This document shows, piece by piece, positions 11,718 to 23,600 of a stretch of 37,645 nucleotides of DNA; position 1 is the first letter of the stretch, and each line of letters opens with the position of its first letter. A program made the translations under genes and the position numbers. The DNA comes from Chiloscyllium plagiosum (lineage: Eukaryota). Location of the stretch: contig NC_057760.1 of NCBI RefSeq assembly GCF_004010195.1, forward strand, positions 4,223,764 to 4,261,408, read 5' to 3'. A model generated the notes under the pieces. It was not told the DNA's origin and did no database searches. It was given only the letters and a program-made list of their open reading frames with translations.

Positions 11718-12014
11718 GATTAGATTAGATTTCTTTCAGTGTGAAAATAGGCCATTTGGCCCAACTGATCCTCCAAAGGGTAACCCACCCACACCCACTT
11801 CCTTCTGACTAATGCACCTAACACTATGGGCAATTTAGCATGGTCAATTCACCTGACCTGCACATCTCTGAATGGCAGAAGGAAACTGGAAAACCCAGAG
11901 GAAACCCACGCAGGCACAGGGAGAATGTGCAAATTCTACACAGACAGACGCCCAAGGCACGGGGTCCTTGGTGCTGGATGTAGTAGTGTTGACTACTGAG
12001 GCACCGTGCCACCC
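11718..12014 (-). mobile_element. HE1-type tRNA-derived SINE
   Basis: Minus strand starts GGGTGGCACGGTGCCTCAGTAG, has the core TTTGCACATTCTCCCTGTGCCTGCGTGGGTTTCC and ends in (TCTAA)n; similar to 32643-32962. Confidence 0.9.
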
Positions 12015-12029
12015 GACAAAGTTAAAACT

Positions 12030-12223
12030 ACAAAGTAAAAAGGTTGTACAAAGATAAAAATCAGACAACACCAGGTTATAGTCCAACACGTCTATTTGGA
12101 AGCACTAGCTTTTGGAGCACAGCCATTTCATCAGGTCGTTGTGCACAACCATCTGGTGAAGGAGCAGCGCTCTGAAAGCTAGTGCTTCCAAATAAACCTG
12201 TTGGACTAGAACCTAATGCTGTC
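12030..12223. mobile_element. Palindromic PLE-derived element, distinct family (GAAAGCUA type), with two decayed opposed hammerhead motifs
   Basis: Inverted repeat 12064-12223 centred on GTGCAC (12141-12146); + arm CTGGTGA-A-GGAGC-AGC-GCTCT-GAAAGCTA. Confidence 0.8.
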
Positions 12224-12759
12224 GGCAGGCTGTCAATTAAAACCAGTAAGCCAAAAAGAGTTTTTTTTTGAGGTGAGTGTTTGAAGGTTTATAGAATTAA
12301 ATCCGGATAAAAGCAAATGAGGATTTAGGACCGGAGTGATTTCATGAAATAGTAGAAAAGATTTGAGGAGAGTATAGCAGGTACAGGAGGATGAGTAGGT
12401 AGGTCTAAAAGTCTGGAACTCCCTGTCTATATTCTGACACTGCTTTGTTCGACATCCTTTTAAAACAGAAGGATTATGGACAATATTTTGGCCTCCATTG
12501 TCAGTCATAATGTAAACATTCTTCATGACGTTTTCTCTTAATCTTGCAGAAGAGCACCTCGTGGTGTTTAGACCTGTGGTACAACAAAACACATCTGACT
12601 CCAGATCAGAAGTTTCCATCTTCAAACTATATTAGGCTGAAGAAGCTTTGCTTCACATCAAATTCATTCACTTTTTCTCTGGGCACAATTACTACAGGAT
12701 GTTACTTAGGAATATTTCTCAATAAATATTTTCGTTTCTGCGATTTCCCTTTAAGGTTT

Positions 12760-15248
12760 TTGTTTCAGCAGGAGGAACAGCTGGAGCATCAACTAGGGGG
12801 TTAATGGGAAGGTGAATCAGAGTTAAGAACATACCTTAAGCATCAGGGTCCGCTAGTTCTGGTTCAGCAGCAGTAAGAGCAGATGCGCTGGCTGGGAGGT
12901 GGGGGGGCGGAGGTGGGGGTGGGGGTGGGAGTGTGGGGGTTACTAGGAAGGTGAATCACTGATTTATGAACTGACCTCGTGAATAAGTGGATCACCCGTT
13001 GGGCAGGAGCGGACACGGGACTGCTGAGTAAGGTAGGTAATATATTTGGGTGGTTGTGTCAACCAAAACACGACTTAGGAAGTGTCTCCCACCAATCCTC
13101 CTCCTCTAAAAGAAAACAAAAACTTCTGTCTGCTGGACAGAAGGTGACAAGTTCTTTATATTTCTACAGTCTCTTTGGGAATTTAAAATACTGGGAATGT
13201 CAGATAGGCAGTTGAATGTTCCTCCTGCAGAATGTGGGAGGTAAGGATCACCACTAGTGTCCCTGCTAACTGCATTTGTGGGAAGTGCACCCAACTCCAG
13301 CTCTTCAAGAACTGTGTTACGGAACTGGAGATGGAGCTGGAGCTGGATTAATTTCAGATCTATCGGAAGGTGGAGGTGTTATTGAGAGGAATTACAGGGA
13401 GCAGGGCGGTAGTCAAAGCTCAGGTGCAAGAAAGAGGCAGATGGGTAATAGTCAGGGGACGGAAAGGGAAACGGCAGGTAGTGCAGGGAACCACTGTGGC
13501 CGTTCCCCTCAATGACAAGTATACCATTTTGGATAATGTTGTGTGGGGGGGACTTACCAGTGGTAAGCTATGAGTCCAGTCTCTGGCACAGAGTTTGTCC
13601 CCATTAATCAGAAGGGAAAGGGGGAGATGAGGAGAGCATTAGTCATTGAGACTCTATAGTTAGGGATACAGTGAGGAGATTCTGTTGGAATGAGAGATAC
13701 TCACAGTTGGTGCATTGCCTCCACCGTGCCAGGGTTCGGGATCTCAGATCATGTTTTTGGGATCCTAGAGGAGGAGAGCGACCAGCCCAATTTGTGGTCC
13801 ACATAGGTAGGAAAAATGATGTGGATTTAAGGCAGAAATTCAGGTAGCTTGGGCAAAACATCTGTACCAGAACAAACAGAGTTGTTATGTCTCGATGTTG
13901 CCCGTGTTATGTGCTAGTGAGGTAAGGAATAGGGAGAGAGAAGAATTGAACACGTGGCTAAAGGGATGGTGCAGGACGGACGGTTTTGGATACTTGCATA
14001 ATTGGGGCTCATTCTGGGTAGGTGGGAACTCTATAGACAGGATGGTCGACACCTGAACCCGGAGGGGTAACAAATTCCTTGGATTGACGGGGGTGGGATG
14101 GGGAGAATTTTGCTAATGTTCTTCGGGACGGTCTAAAGTAATTCAGTAGTGAGATGGGAAACTAAATTATAGTTCCAGTGTCCAGGAGATTGAGAGCAAT
14201 GAGGTCAGAAATGAGGTTTCAATGTTGCAAGAGTACTCTAGCAAGCAATAGGTGGTTTGGAGTGTGTGTCTTCAACACCAGGAGTATCCAGAATAAGGTG
14301 GACGAACTTGCAGAGTGGTACCTGGGATTTCGATTATGGCCATTTCAGAGACATGGATAGAGCAGGGACAGGAATGGTTGTTGCAGGTTCCGGGATTTCA
14401 ATGTTTCAGTAAGCACAAAGAAGATGATAAAAGAGGGGGATGTGTGGCATTGCTAGTCAAGGTTTAGGATTACGGTGGCAGAAGGGACGTTTGAGGACTT
14501 GTCTACGGACGTTGTATAGGCTGAGGTTAGAAACAGGAAAGGAGATGTCACCCTGTAGGGAGTTTTCTACAGGCCTCTGAATTGTTCCAGAGATGTAGTG
14601 GAAAGGACAGCAAAGATGATTCTCAATAGGAGCGAGTGTGACAGGCCAGCTGTTATGGGGGACTTCAACTTTCCAAACATTGACTGGCAGTACCATAGTT
14701 TGAGTACTTTAAATGGGCCAGTTTTTGTTCAAATTTTGCAGGAGGGTTTCCTGACATATTATGTAGAGGATGTCGAAGCTCTGGAAAGGGTTCAGAGGCA
14801 ATTTGCTCAGATGTTGCCTGGTATGGACGGAAGGTCTTATGAGGAAAGGCTGAGCGACTAGAGGCTATTTTCATTAGAGTGGTGAAGGTGGAGAGGTGAT
14901 TTAATTGAGACATATAAGATAATCAAAGGGTTAGATAACATGGACAGTGAGAGACTTTATCCTTGGATGGTGATGGTTAGCATGAAGGGACATCATTTTA
15001 AATTGAGGGGTGAAAGATATAGAACAGATATCAGAGGTGATTTCTTTACTCAGAGGGTAGTAGAGGCATGGAACGCACTGCCTGCAACAGCAGTAGGCTT
15101 GCCAACTTTAAGGGCATTTGAATGGTCATTGGAGAAACATATGGATGAAAATGCAAACGTGTAGGATAGATAGGCTTCAGATTGTTTCCACAGGTCGTCG
15201 TAACATCGAAGGCCGAAGGGCCTGTGCTGTTCTTTAATGTTCTATGTT
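12760..15248 (+). mobile_element. CR1 LINE with 5' UTR, ORF1 (Zn finger plus SGNH esterase), endonuclease and 3' end, with the RT domain internally deleted
   Basis: AVECSSCRMWE...CGKCTQLQL (~13208), VPLNDKYTIL, DGRHLN, FNTRSIQNKVDEL, MGDFNFPNIDW, then directly EALERVQR (junction ~14768); ends ggccgaagggcctgt...ttctatgtt. Confidence 0.92.
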
Positions 15249-15829
15249 GTCTGAGAGAGGATGATTGAATAATTAGGATGCTCTGTCATAGTTGGAAGAC
15301 AGGAGAGATTAAATAATAAAAAGGAGGATGGCGTAAGGTAGAATTGAATAAACAAAGAAAGAGAAGATGGGAGAGCCAACTTTTTGACTCACACAGAAGC
15401 ATCTCAAGCCTTCTGCTCCATTTTAGATTATAACCATTGTATTCGCCAAATCCACACAGGTCATATAGGAAAAAAAATAAATAATTGGACCGACGATAAT
15501 GTCCAGTAGGAATTTAGTAATTCGATTCCCCTACCCATCTGAATCCATTCATTCCAGGTTTGCTCCTTGTCAATTGGAGCCAGCACTGTCCTTCCCCAAA
15601 CAAACATTTCTCTCATTCTGTGACCTTGAGTGATTTTCTTTTTGTTCCAGTATCTGGAAAGGAACTTGGACTTTTGAAAGTTTCATCATTGATTGTACAT
15701 CAGATCACATGCAAACTGCATCCACAGCACCCTCTGACAGATTTGTGATCCTACCATTCTGGATTCTTCAGTATAATGTTTTCACTGATTTCACCAGTGG
15801 ATGCCACAACTATGTGAAAGTTTCTGACA

Positions 15830-16025
15830 TTTCTTTCTTAAGCCTTCAAGACTTATCTCTTAATTAAAGATGTTTGATCAATATAGTCTGTCCAATTAAC
15901 ATCTTTCCGCATGTCACATTCGGACTAGTTGTTGAATGCTTCTTCAAGAAACTGCTTTGGTTCGGCTTAAGACATTTTTATTGCATGAAGCATGTTACCT
16001 GAATACAAACTATAACTGTCACAAC
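15830..16025 (+). mobile_element. Possible highly decayed L2-type LINE 3' end
   Basis: Weak resemblance to L2 tails (cttcaagacttatctc...tttgatca; gacatttttattgcatgaagcatgttacctgaatacaaac). Confidence 0.3.
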
Positions 16026-16289
16026 ATCAGTTTGTGCACAGCAATGTTTAATGTTCATTAATCCAATGCCTGGCTGTTAAATCCTTTTGAATTATCTATT
16101 ATCTTGATGGTGTTAGTCAAAAGGTTAATGTTACTCACTATATCCTCTGAAGTGCCCTGCGCAAAATGTGTGGGGTTAAGGTCTCCTGAGCTAATAGTTG
16201 AGTTGATTGAGCTATCAGGACTACTTGAAAAAGTTGACATACAATTATTTTAGGTCGATTCTGTACATTCACTGATTCCTTTATTTTAT

Positions 16290-17080
16290 TTGATTCTGCT
16301 TTGAGTTATTGTTGTCACATATCCCGAGATACAGCGGTAAGTGTTGCTTCACGTGCTCTCTCAGCATGGCCTATGATATAAAGTGCTTCAGGTAGTTGAA
16401 CTGAATGCAGACTACAGTGAAACAACCACAGACAAGGTGCAAGAAGAGAGGTCAACATTAACATTTGACAGGTTCGTTCAAAAGACTTCTCACTGTGGGG
16501 AAGAAGCTATTCATGAATCTGGTCACTATATGTATTTAAACCTTTATATCTGTTGCTGGACAGTAGAGGATACAAGAGCGTATAACCGGAGTTCGAGGTA
16601 TCTTTGAATATATTGATTGTTTTCCAGAGATGACAGGAAGTACAAATGGAGTCAATGGACAGAAGGCCGGTTTGGATGATGGATTGCCCTATGTTCACGA
16701 CTCTTTGTAGTTTCTTGAGGTCTTCAGAATAGCAGTTGCCATTCCATACTGAGATGCTTCCAGATAGTATACTTGCTATGGTGCATCAAGAAAAATTGGT
16801 TAACTTATTTGTGGACAAGCCCAATTTCCTCAACCTGCTGAAGAAATCGAGGCATTGTTGTGTTTTCTTCACCGTCATGTTGACGTGGAAGGACCAGGAC
16901 TGATTTTTAGTGATAATATCTCCCACATACCTGACACTCTGGACCATCTCTACCTCAGCATTATTGATGCAGATGGGGGTGTGCCCTCCAGTCCACCTCT
17001 GCAAGTTAATGCCCAGCTCTTTCATTTTGCTGGTGTTGATGGATAGTTCGTTATATTTACACCACGCTGCCAAGCATGTT
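16290..17080 (-). mobile_element. Rex1/Babar-clade LINE 3' fragment
   Basis: WCKYNELSINTSKMKEL...HTPICINNAEVEMVQSVRYVG...VKKTQQCLDFFSRLRKLG...LTNF matches the post-RT region of Rex1/Babar elements. Confidence 0.85.
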
Positions 17081-17739
17081 AATCCATCAGTAAGGCAGAT
17101 CATGTTGAATGTTAATCATAATGTAATCTTTGGATCAAAATCTACAACTATTAAACTTTAAATGAGAAAGTTTGTGTGTTTATTATAATTGTTTTCGCCC
17201 ACAGAATGTTCCAAAATGACTCACTGTCCAGGATAGGGTTTCAGAGTGCTGAATGAGAAGAGGCTGAATAAAGTCAATATAGCGTATTATTAAAAGATAT
17301 TCACGAATACAGTCATTTGGGACTGCACAGTGAGGACAAGCTGATGAAGCTGGTCGAAAAATTTAATGAGTCTCTGTTCTCTCAGCTCAACTTTCCATTC
17401 ACTCCCATTCTTTAGTGGATAAGTCTCTCCTGCTTGGTCCTCCAGATCCATCTTGCATTGGCTACCATTGGTTGGACTGATTAATTGATGGCCTTCTCTA
17501 CTGTGTCAAGTGGATGCTTGAGCACGTGATGAAGTTCCAGAAATACCATGACTGTAGATGTAGCGGTTTCTGAGGATCGTAGAATAATGGGTATTCCAGC
17601 TGTCTATATCTGAATCAGGTGAAGGGATAGAGAGGGTGAATACATAACAACAAAGATGAAGATCTGTCTGCAACTGGCAGAACTCTACATTTATGAAGAA
17701 GTTAGCCAATCTAGACAATCATCCTCAATCTTTGCGAGC

Positions 17740-17872
17740 ACAGCAAGGTAGCTCAGTGGTGAGCACTGCTGCCTCGCAGTGCCAGGGAACTGGATTCGAT
17801 TCCAGATTCTAGCGACTGTCTGTGCAGTGTTTGCCCATTGTCACTGTGTCTTTGTGGTTTTGCTCCGGTTAT
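17740..17872 (+). mobile_element. HE1-type SINE 5' part
   Basis: Pol III A box (tagctcagtgg) and B box (ggattcgattcc), followed by the start of the HE1 core. Confidence 0.85.
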
Positions 17873-17877
17873 TTCAC

Positions 17878-17942
17878 ATGAAGGGCTAATGCCAGAAATG
17901 TCGGTTGTCCTGCTCCTCGGATGCTGCGTGACTGGCTGTGCA
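17878..17942 (+). mobile_element. Decayed PLE pLTR fragment (hammerhead remnant)
   Basis: atgaagggctaatgccagaaatgtcggttgtcctgctcctcggatgctgc aligns to ~150-200. Confidence 0.7.
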
Positions 17943-18794
17943 TGCTTGGTGTGAAGCATGGTACCAGAGACCCTCTCTGCACGGGGAGGCGAATCACCGA
18001 AGTGCCGGTCGATTACTGGAGGAGAAAGGCGCCGGGACCAGAGGTACAGGTACAGAGACGACTTGCCACCCACGAGTCCGAGCACCAGGCAACAGAGACC
18101 GACCAACAGGGAGAGAGAAGTGCCAAATAGTCATGCAGGCATGCCATGCAAATCGATGGCCAGCTGACCCTTTCCAACACTTTATTCACAACCAAAATAA
18201 AGCTTACTGGTCTATAATTACCAGGGTTGTCTCTACTCCTCTTCTTGAACAAGGAAACAACCTTTGCTATCCTCCAGTCTTATGGCACTATTCCTACAGA
18301 AAATGACAACTGAAGATCAAAGCCAAAGACTCTGCAATCTCATCCATGGCTTCCCAGAGAATCCTTAGATAAATCCCATTCCACCCAGGAGTCTTATCTA
18401 TTTTCACACTTTCCAGAATTGCTAACACCTCCTCCTTGTGAACCTCAATCTCATCTCATCTAGTAGGCTTTATCTGTGTATTCTCGACAACATTATCATT
18501 TGCCAGTGTGAACACATTCGAAACAGATTCAGTTAGTGCCTCTCCTATCTCCTCGGACTCCATGCTCAACTTCCTTCTATTGTCCTTGATTGGTTATAAT
18601 CTTACTCTAGTCATTCTTTTATTCCTAACATACCTATAGAAAGTTTTCGGGTTTTCCTTGATCCTACCTGCCAATGATTTCTCATTTCCCCTCCTAGCTC
18701 TTCTTAGGTTTCTCTTTAGGTCTTTCCTGGCTAACTAGGAACTCTCAAGCGCCCTAACTGAGCCTTCATGTCTCATCTTAACATAAACCTCCTT

Positions 18795-19177
18795 TCTGGA
18801 TGTAGGTTTGCTCGCTAAGCTGGAAGTTTCATTCCCAGACGTTTTGTCGTCCTACTAGGTAACATCTCCAGTGGTCCTCAGGCGAAGCACTACTGGTAAG
18901 TCCTGCTTTCTATTTGCATGTTTGGGTTTCTTTGGGTTGGTGATATCATTTCCTGTGGTGATGTCATTTCAGATGCGAAGTCACTTCCTGTTCTTTTTCT
19001 CAGGGGGTGGTAGATGGGGGTCTAACTCCATGTGTTTGTTGGTAGAGTTCCGGTGGGAATGCCATGCTTCTTAGAATTCTCATGCGTGTCTTTGCTTGGC
19101 TTGTCCTAGGATGGATGTGTTGTCCCAGTCGAAATGGTGCCCTTCCTCATCCTGGTTACAAATCTTCTCAAAACTCG
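18795..19177 (-). mobile_element. 5'-truncated Penelope-like element: GIY-YIG endonuclease C-terminal coding remnant plus pLTR with a decayed hammerhead
   Basis: Minus translation EEGHHFDWDNTSILGQAKQRHA*EF*EAWHS...NKHMELDPIYHPL; CTGGAGA-T-GTTACC-TAGTA-GGACGAC-AAAACGTC at 18871-18838; TSD ATAA(A/G)CCTCCTT at 18783-18794 and 19178-19189. Confidence 0.85.
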
Positions 19178-19293
19178 ATAAGCCTCCTTCTTCTTCTTGA
19201 CAAGAAATTCAAATTATTTAGTAAACCATGGCCTTCTTGCTCGACCACTCCCTCTGTGCTTGACAGGTACATACTTATCAAGAACACGCAGTA

Positions 19294-19460
19294 AGAACAT
19301 AGAACATAGAACATAGAACATAGAACATAGAACATAGAACATAGAACATAGAACATAGAACATAGAACATAGAACATAGAACATAGAACATAGAACATAG
19401 AACATAGAACATAGAACATAGAACATAGAACATAGAACATAGAACATAGAACATAGAACA
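19294..19460 (-). repeat. (TTCTATG)n heptamer microsatellite, about 24 perfect units, forming the CR1 3' tail
   Basis: Perfect AGAACAT repeats on + strand adjoining the CR1 3' UTR. Confidence 0.98.
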
Positions 19461-20180
19461 ATACAGTACAGAACAGGCCCTTCAGCCCACGATGTTGTGC
19501 CGAACATTTGTCCTAGCTTAAGCACCCATCCATGTACCTATCCAATTGCCGCTTAAAGATCACCAATGATTCTGACTCTGCCACTCCCACAGGCAGCGCA
19601 TACCATGCCCCCACCACTCTCTGGGTAAAGAACCTACCCCTGACATCCCCCCTATACCTTCCACCCTTCACCTTAAATTTATGTCATCTTGTAACACTCT
19701 GTTGTACCCGGGGACTGTTGACTGTTTACTCTATCTATTCCCCTGATCATCTTATAAACCTCTATCAAGTCACTCCTCATCCTTCTCCATTCCAATGAGA
19801 AAAGGCCTAGCACTCTCAACCTATCCTCGTACGACCTATTCTCCATTCCAGGCAACATCCTGGTAAATGTCCTCTGCACCCCCTCCAAAGCTTCCAGATC
19901 TTTCCTAAAATGAGGCGACCAGAACTGCACACATAACTCCAAATGTGGCCTTACCAAAGTCCTATTTAGCTGCAACATCACCTCACGACTCTTGAATTCA
20001 ATCCCTCTGCTAATGAACACTAATACACCATAGGCCTTCTTACAAGCTCTATCCACCTGAGTGGCAACTTTCAAAGATCGATGAACATAGACCCCAAGAT
20101 CCCTCTGCTCCTCCACCTTATTAAGAACCCTACCGTTAACCCTGTATTCCACATTCTTATTTGTCCTTCCAAAATTGACA

Positions 20181-20626
20181 NNNNNNNNNNNNNNNNNNNN
20201 NNNNNNNNNNNNNNNNNNNNNNNNNNNNNNNNNNNNNNNNNNNNNNNNNNNNNNNNNNNNNNNNNNNNNNNNNNNNNNNNNNNNNNNNNNNNNNNNNNNN
20301 NNNNNNNNNNNNNNNNNNNNNNNNNNNNNNNNNNNNNNNNNNNNNNNNNNNNNNNNNNNNNNNNNNNNNNNNNNNNNNNNNNNNNNNNNNNNNNNNNNNN
20401 NNNNNNNNNNNNNNNNNNNNNNNNNNNNNNNNNNNNNNNNNNNNNNNNNNNNNNNNNNNNNNNNNNNNNNNNNNNNNNNNNNNNNNNNNNNNNNNNNNNN
20501 NNNNNNNNNNNNNNNNNNNNNNNNNNNNNNNNNNNNNNNNNNNNNNNNNNNNNNNNNNNNNNNNNNNNNNNNNNNNNNNNNNNNNNNNNNNNNNNNNNNN
20601 NNNNNNNNNNNNNNNNNNNNNNNNNN
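20181..20626. other. Assembly gap (N run)
   Basis: Run of N. Confidence 1.
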
Positions 20627-23600
20627 ACTCCTCAGCCCAGCTCTGCATCATATCTAAGTCCCTTTGCAGCCGACAACAGTCCTCCTCACTATCCACAACT
20701 CCACCAATCTTCGGATCGTCTGCAAATTTACTGATCCACCCTTCGACTCCCTCTTCCAAGTCATTAATAAAAATTACAAACAGCAAAGGACCCAGAACTG
20801 ATCCCTGCAGAACTCCACTCGTAACTGGGCTCCAGGCTGAATATTTACCATGTACCACCACTCTCTGACTTCGACCGGTTAGCCAGTTCTCTATCCAACT
20901 GGCCAAACTGTTCCTTTAATACGCTTCACGTTTCAATTGTGCCCTTCTCCATTCTATGCATCCTAAACCTTGCTTAATCGCATCATAATTGCCTTTCCCC
21001 CAGCTCTAACTCTTGCCTTGCGATCTGTACTGACTCCTTTCCATCACTAAAGTAAAAATGACAGAATTGTGTTCAACAAAGTGCTCACTTACCTCCAAAT
21101 CTAACACCTGGCCGGGTTCATTATCCAGTACCGAATCTAATGTGGCATTATTGGCCTGTATACACATTGTGTCAGAAAACCCTCCTACAAACATTTGACA
21201 AAAACTGACCCATCCAAAGTATTCAAACTCTTGCATTTCCAGTCAATACTTTGAAAGTTAAAAACCCCATAACAACTACCCTGTCACTCTCACTCCTATC
21301 CAGAATCATCTTTGCTATCTTTTCCTCGACATTTCTGGAACTTTTCGGAGGCTGAAAAAAAATTCCCAACAGGGTGACCTCTCTGTTCCTGTTTCTAGCC
21401 TCAGCCTACACTATCCCAGTAGACGAGTCCTCATCAAATGTCCTTTCTGCCACTGTAATACTATCCTTGACTAACAATGCCACATCCCCCTTCTTTTACC
21501 ACATTCTCTGAAACATCTAAATCCAGGAATCTGCAACAACCATTCCTTTCCCTGCTCTATCCATGTCTCTGAAATGGCCACAACATCAAAATCCCAGGTA
21601 CCAACCCACGCTGTAAGCTCCCCCACCTTATTCTGGATGCTCCTGGCGCTGAAGTAAACACTATTTAGACCACCCTCTTGCCAGCAGGTGCATTCTTGTG
21701 AACTTGAAACCATATTTCTGACCTCACTGCTGTCAACCTCCTGGACACTGGAGCAACAATTTAGCTTCCCAACCCCCTGATGAATTAATTGAAACCCTCC
21801 TAAAGAACATTAGAAAATATTCCACCCTCTCAGGATATTGGTACCCCTCTGGTTCAGATGTAGACCATCCTGTTTGTCGAGGTCCCACCTACCCCAGAAT
21901 GATCCCCAATTATCCAGATATCTGAAACCCTCTATCCTGCATGCTCCCTGTATCCACGTGTTGAACTCCTTGTCTCCCTATTTCCCATCTCGCTAACCCG
22001 TGGCACGGATAACAAACCAGCGAAACTAACTTTTTTCTAGCTTTAAGCTTCCACCTGAGCTCAATGAATTCTTGTCTTAACTCCCTATTCCTTTTCCTAA
22101 CTATGTCATTGATGTCTACACAGACCATGACTTGGAGCTGCTCTCCCTCCCCCTTAAGGATCCTGGAAAAACAATCAGAAGCATCGTGAACCCTGGCACC
22201 TCTCTCGTTCATATAGAACCTCCTATCTGTTCCCCTAAGTATGGAATCCCCAATGACTAATGCTCTGGTCCTCTCCCCCTTCCCTTCTGAGCATCAGCGA
22301 CCGGTTATGTGGCAGACACCTTTAAACAATGGCCTATGCCTGGTAAGTCAACCCTCCACCCCCCAACAGTATGCAAGATGGTATACTTGTTATTGAGGAC
22401 AACGGCCACAAGGATCCCTATCCTGCCTGCCGGCTTTCTTTTTGTCCCCTGACTGTCACCCACCTGCCTTTTTCTAGTACCTGAGGTGTAACTACCTTCT
22501 TGTATATCCTCTCAATAACCCCCTCCACCTCCCAAATGATCTGAAGTTCATCCAGCTCCAGCTCCAGTTCTTGGTTCTCGAGGAGCTGGAGTTGGGTGCA
22601 CTTCCCACAGATGAAGTTAGCAGGGACATTAGTGGTGACTTTTACCTCCCACGTTCTTCAGGACAAACATTCAACTGCCCTAACCTTCATTCCCACTGTT
22701 CTAAATATTCAAAGATAGTGTTGGAAAATTAAAAAAAGAAAACTATTTACCTTTCCAATCCGACGCACAGAAACTTTCTTTTTGGTTAGAAGAGGAGGAA
22801 GGGTGGGAAACACTATCTACATGGTGTTTCGCATAAAGCGACCATCTAAATATATGACCTAACTTACTCAGCAGTCCCATGTCGGCTCCTGCTCAGCGTG
22901 TTCTTCGCCTATACAAGAGGTAAGTTTTATATTTTAAATTTATCTTCCTGACAGGCCCCTGGCCCTTACTGTCATTTCTCACACTGCTATGAGAAAAATG
23001 GAGACCGCTGAACACACAGGGTAAGTTTTTATCATTTCAATTTACCTTCCTGGTAGGGGTACGATTCCCTTCAACAAGGATCATATCAACTATTACCACA
23101 GCTGATCAGTAATTTTGGACGAGTCAGAATCCAGTGTGAAACCTTGCTTGACAGATGATAAGTTTTATTTTTACAGTTTGTTTTAATATGTTGGTTTGTC
23201 GCAGAACATATTCACACAGTGTCCTTTTTTAAAATAAATAAAATAATTGAAATGCTGCTTAATCTGTGCGAGGCATTAGTTAGTTGACACCTACAATACA
23301 GCATGGCATTTCTGCACTCTTACTTGATGTTGGGTGTAACTGTTTTCAAGGAAGTTCAGAGAAGATTCAGGAGAAAGATTCTGGAGAGGCGTTTTTTTGT
23401 GTGAACAGTTTAGGAGAATGCTGTTTGAGTTTAGAGGAGTGAGAGCAGATGCAATTTAGATATCAAAGATTTTAAAGAAGACTGAGAGGATATTTCCTCT
23501 TGTCGGCTAATTGAGAATTAAAGGTTTAAGAATGACTAGCACATTAAAACAGATGAGAAAAAGTTTCTTCTCAAGATGTCATGAATCTGGGAAATCAATT

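Larger units (their letters stand above)
19294..20907 (-). mobile_element. Young 5'-truncated CR1 LINE (RT C-terminal half plus 3' UTR) nested in an older CR1
   Basis: [20 protein letters not shown]...ISKFADD and LVRPHLELCVQFWSP in long open frames; contains a gap. Confidence 0.95.
18165..23055 (-). mobile_element. CR1 LINE, 5'-complete (UTR, ORF1, endonuclease, start of RT) and 3'-broken; hosts two nested insertions
   Basis: Zn finger at ~22580-22680, GEGEQLQVMVCVDINDI, YFSARSIQNKVGEL...VVAISETW, DNPGNYRPVS; same family as 12760-15248. Confidence 0.92.

Noticed and set aside
13200..14100. Host zinc-finger or SGNH esterase gene (also ~21800-22680, 25642-25772, 30130-31000)
   Set aside because: These are CR1 ORF1 remnants with stops and frameshifts, mostly directly upstream of LINE ORF2
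19168..19525. (MFYVLCS)n repeat proteins
   Set aside because: Translation of the 7-bp CR1 tail microsatellite
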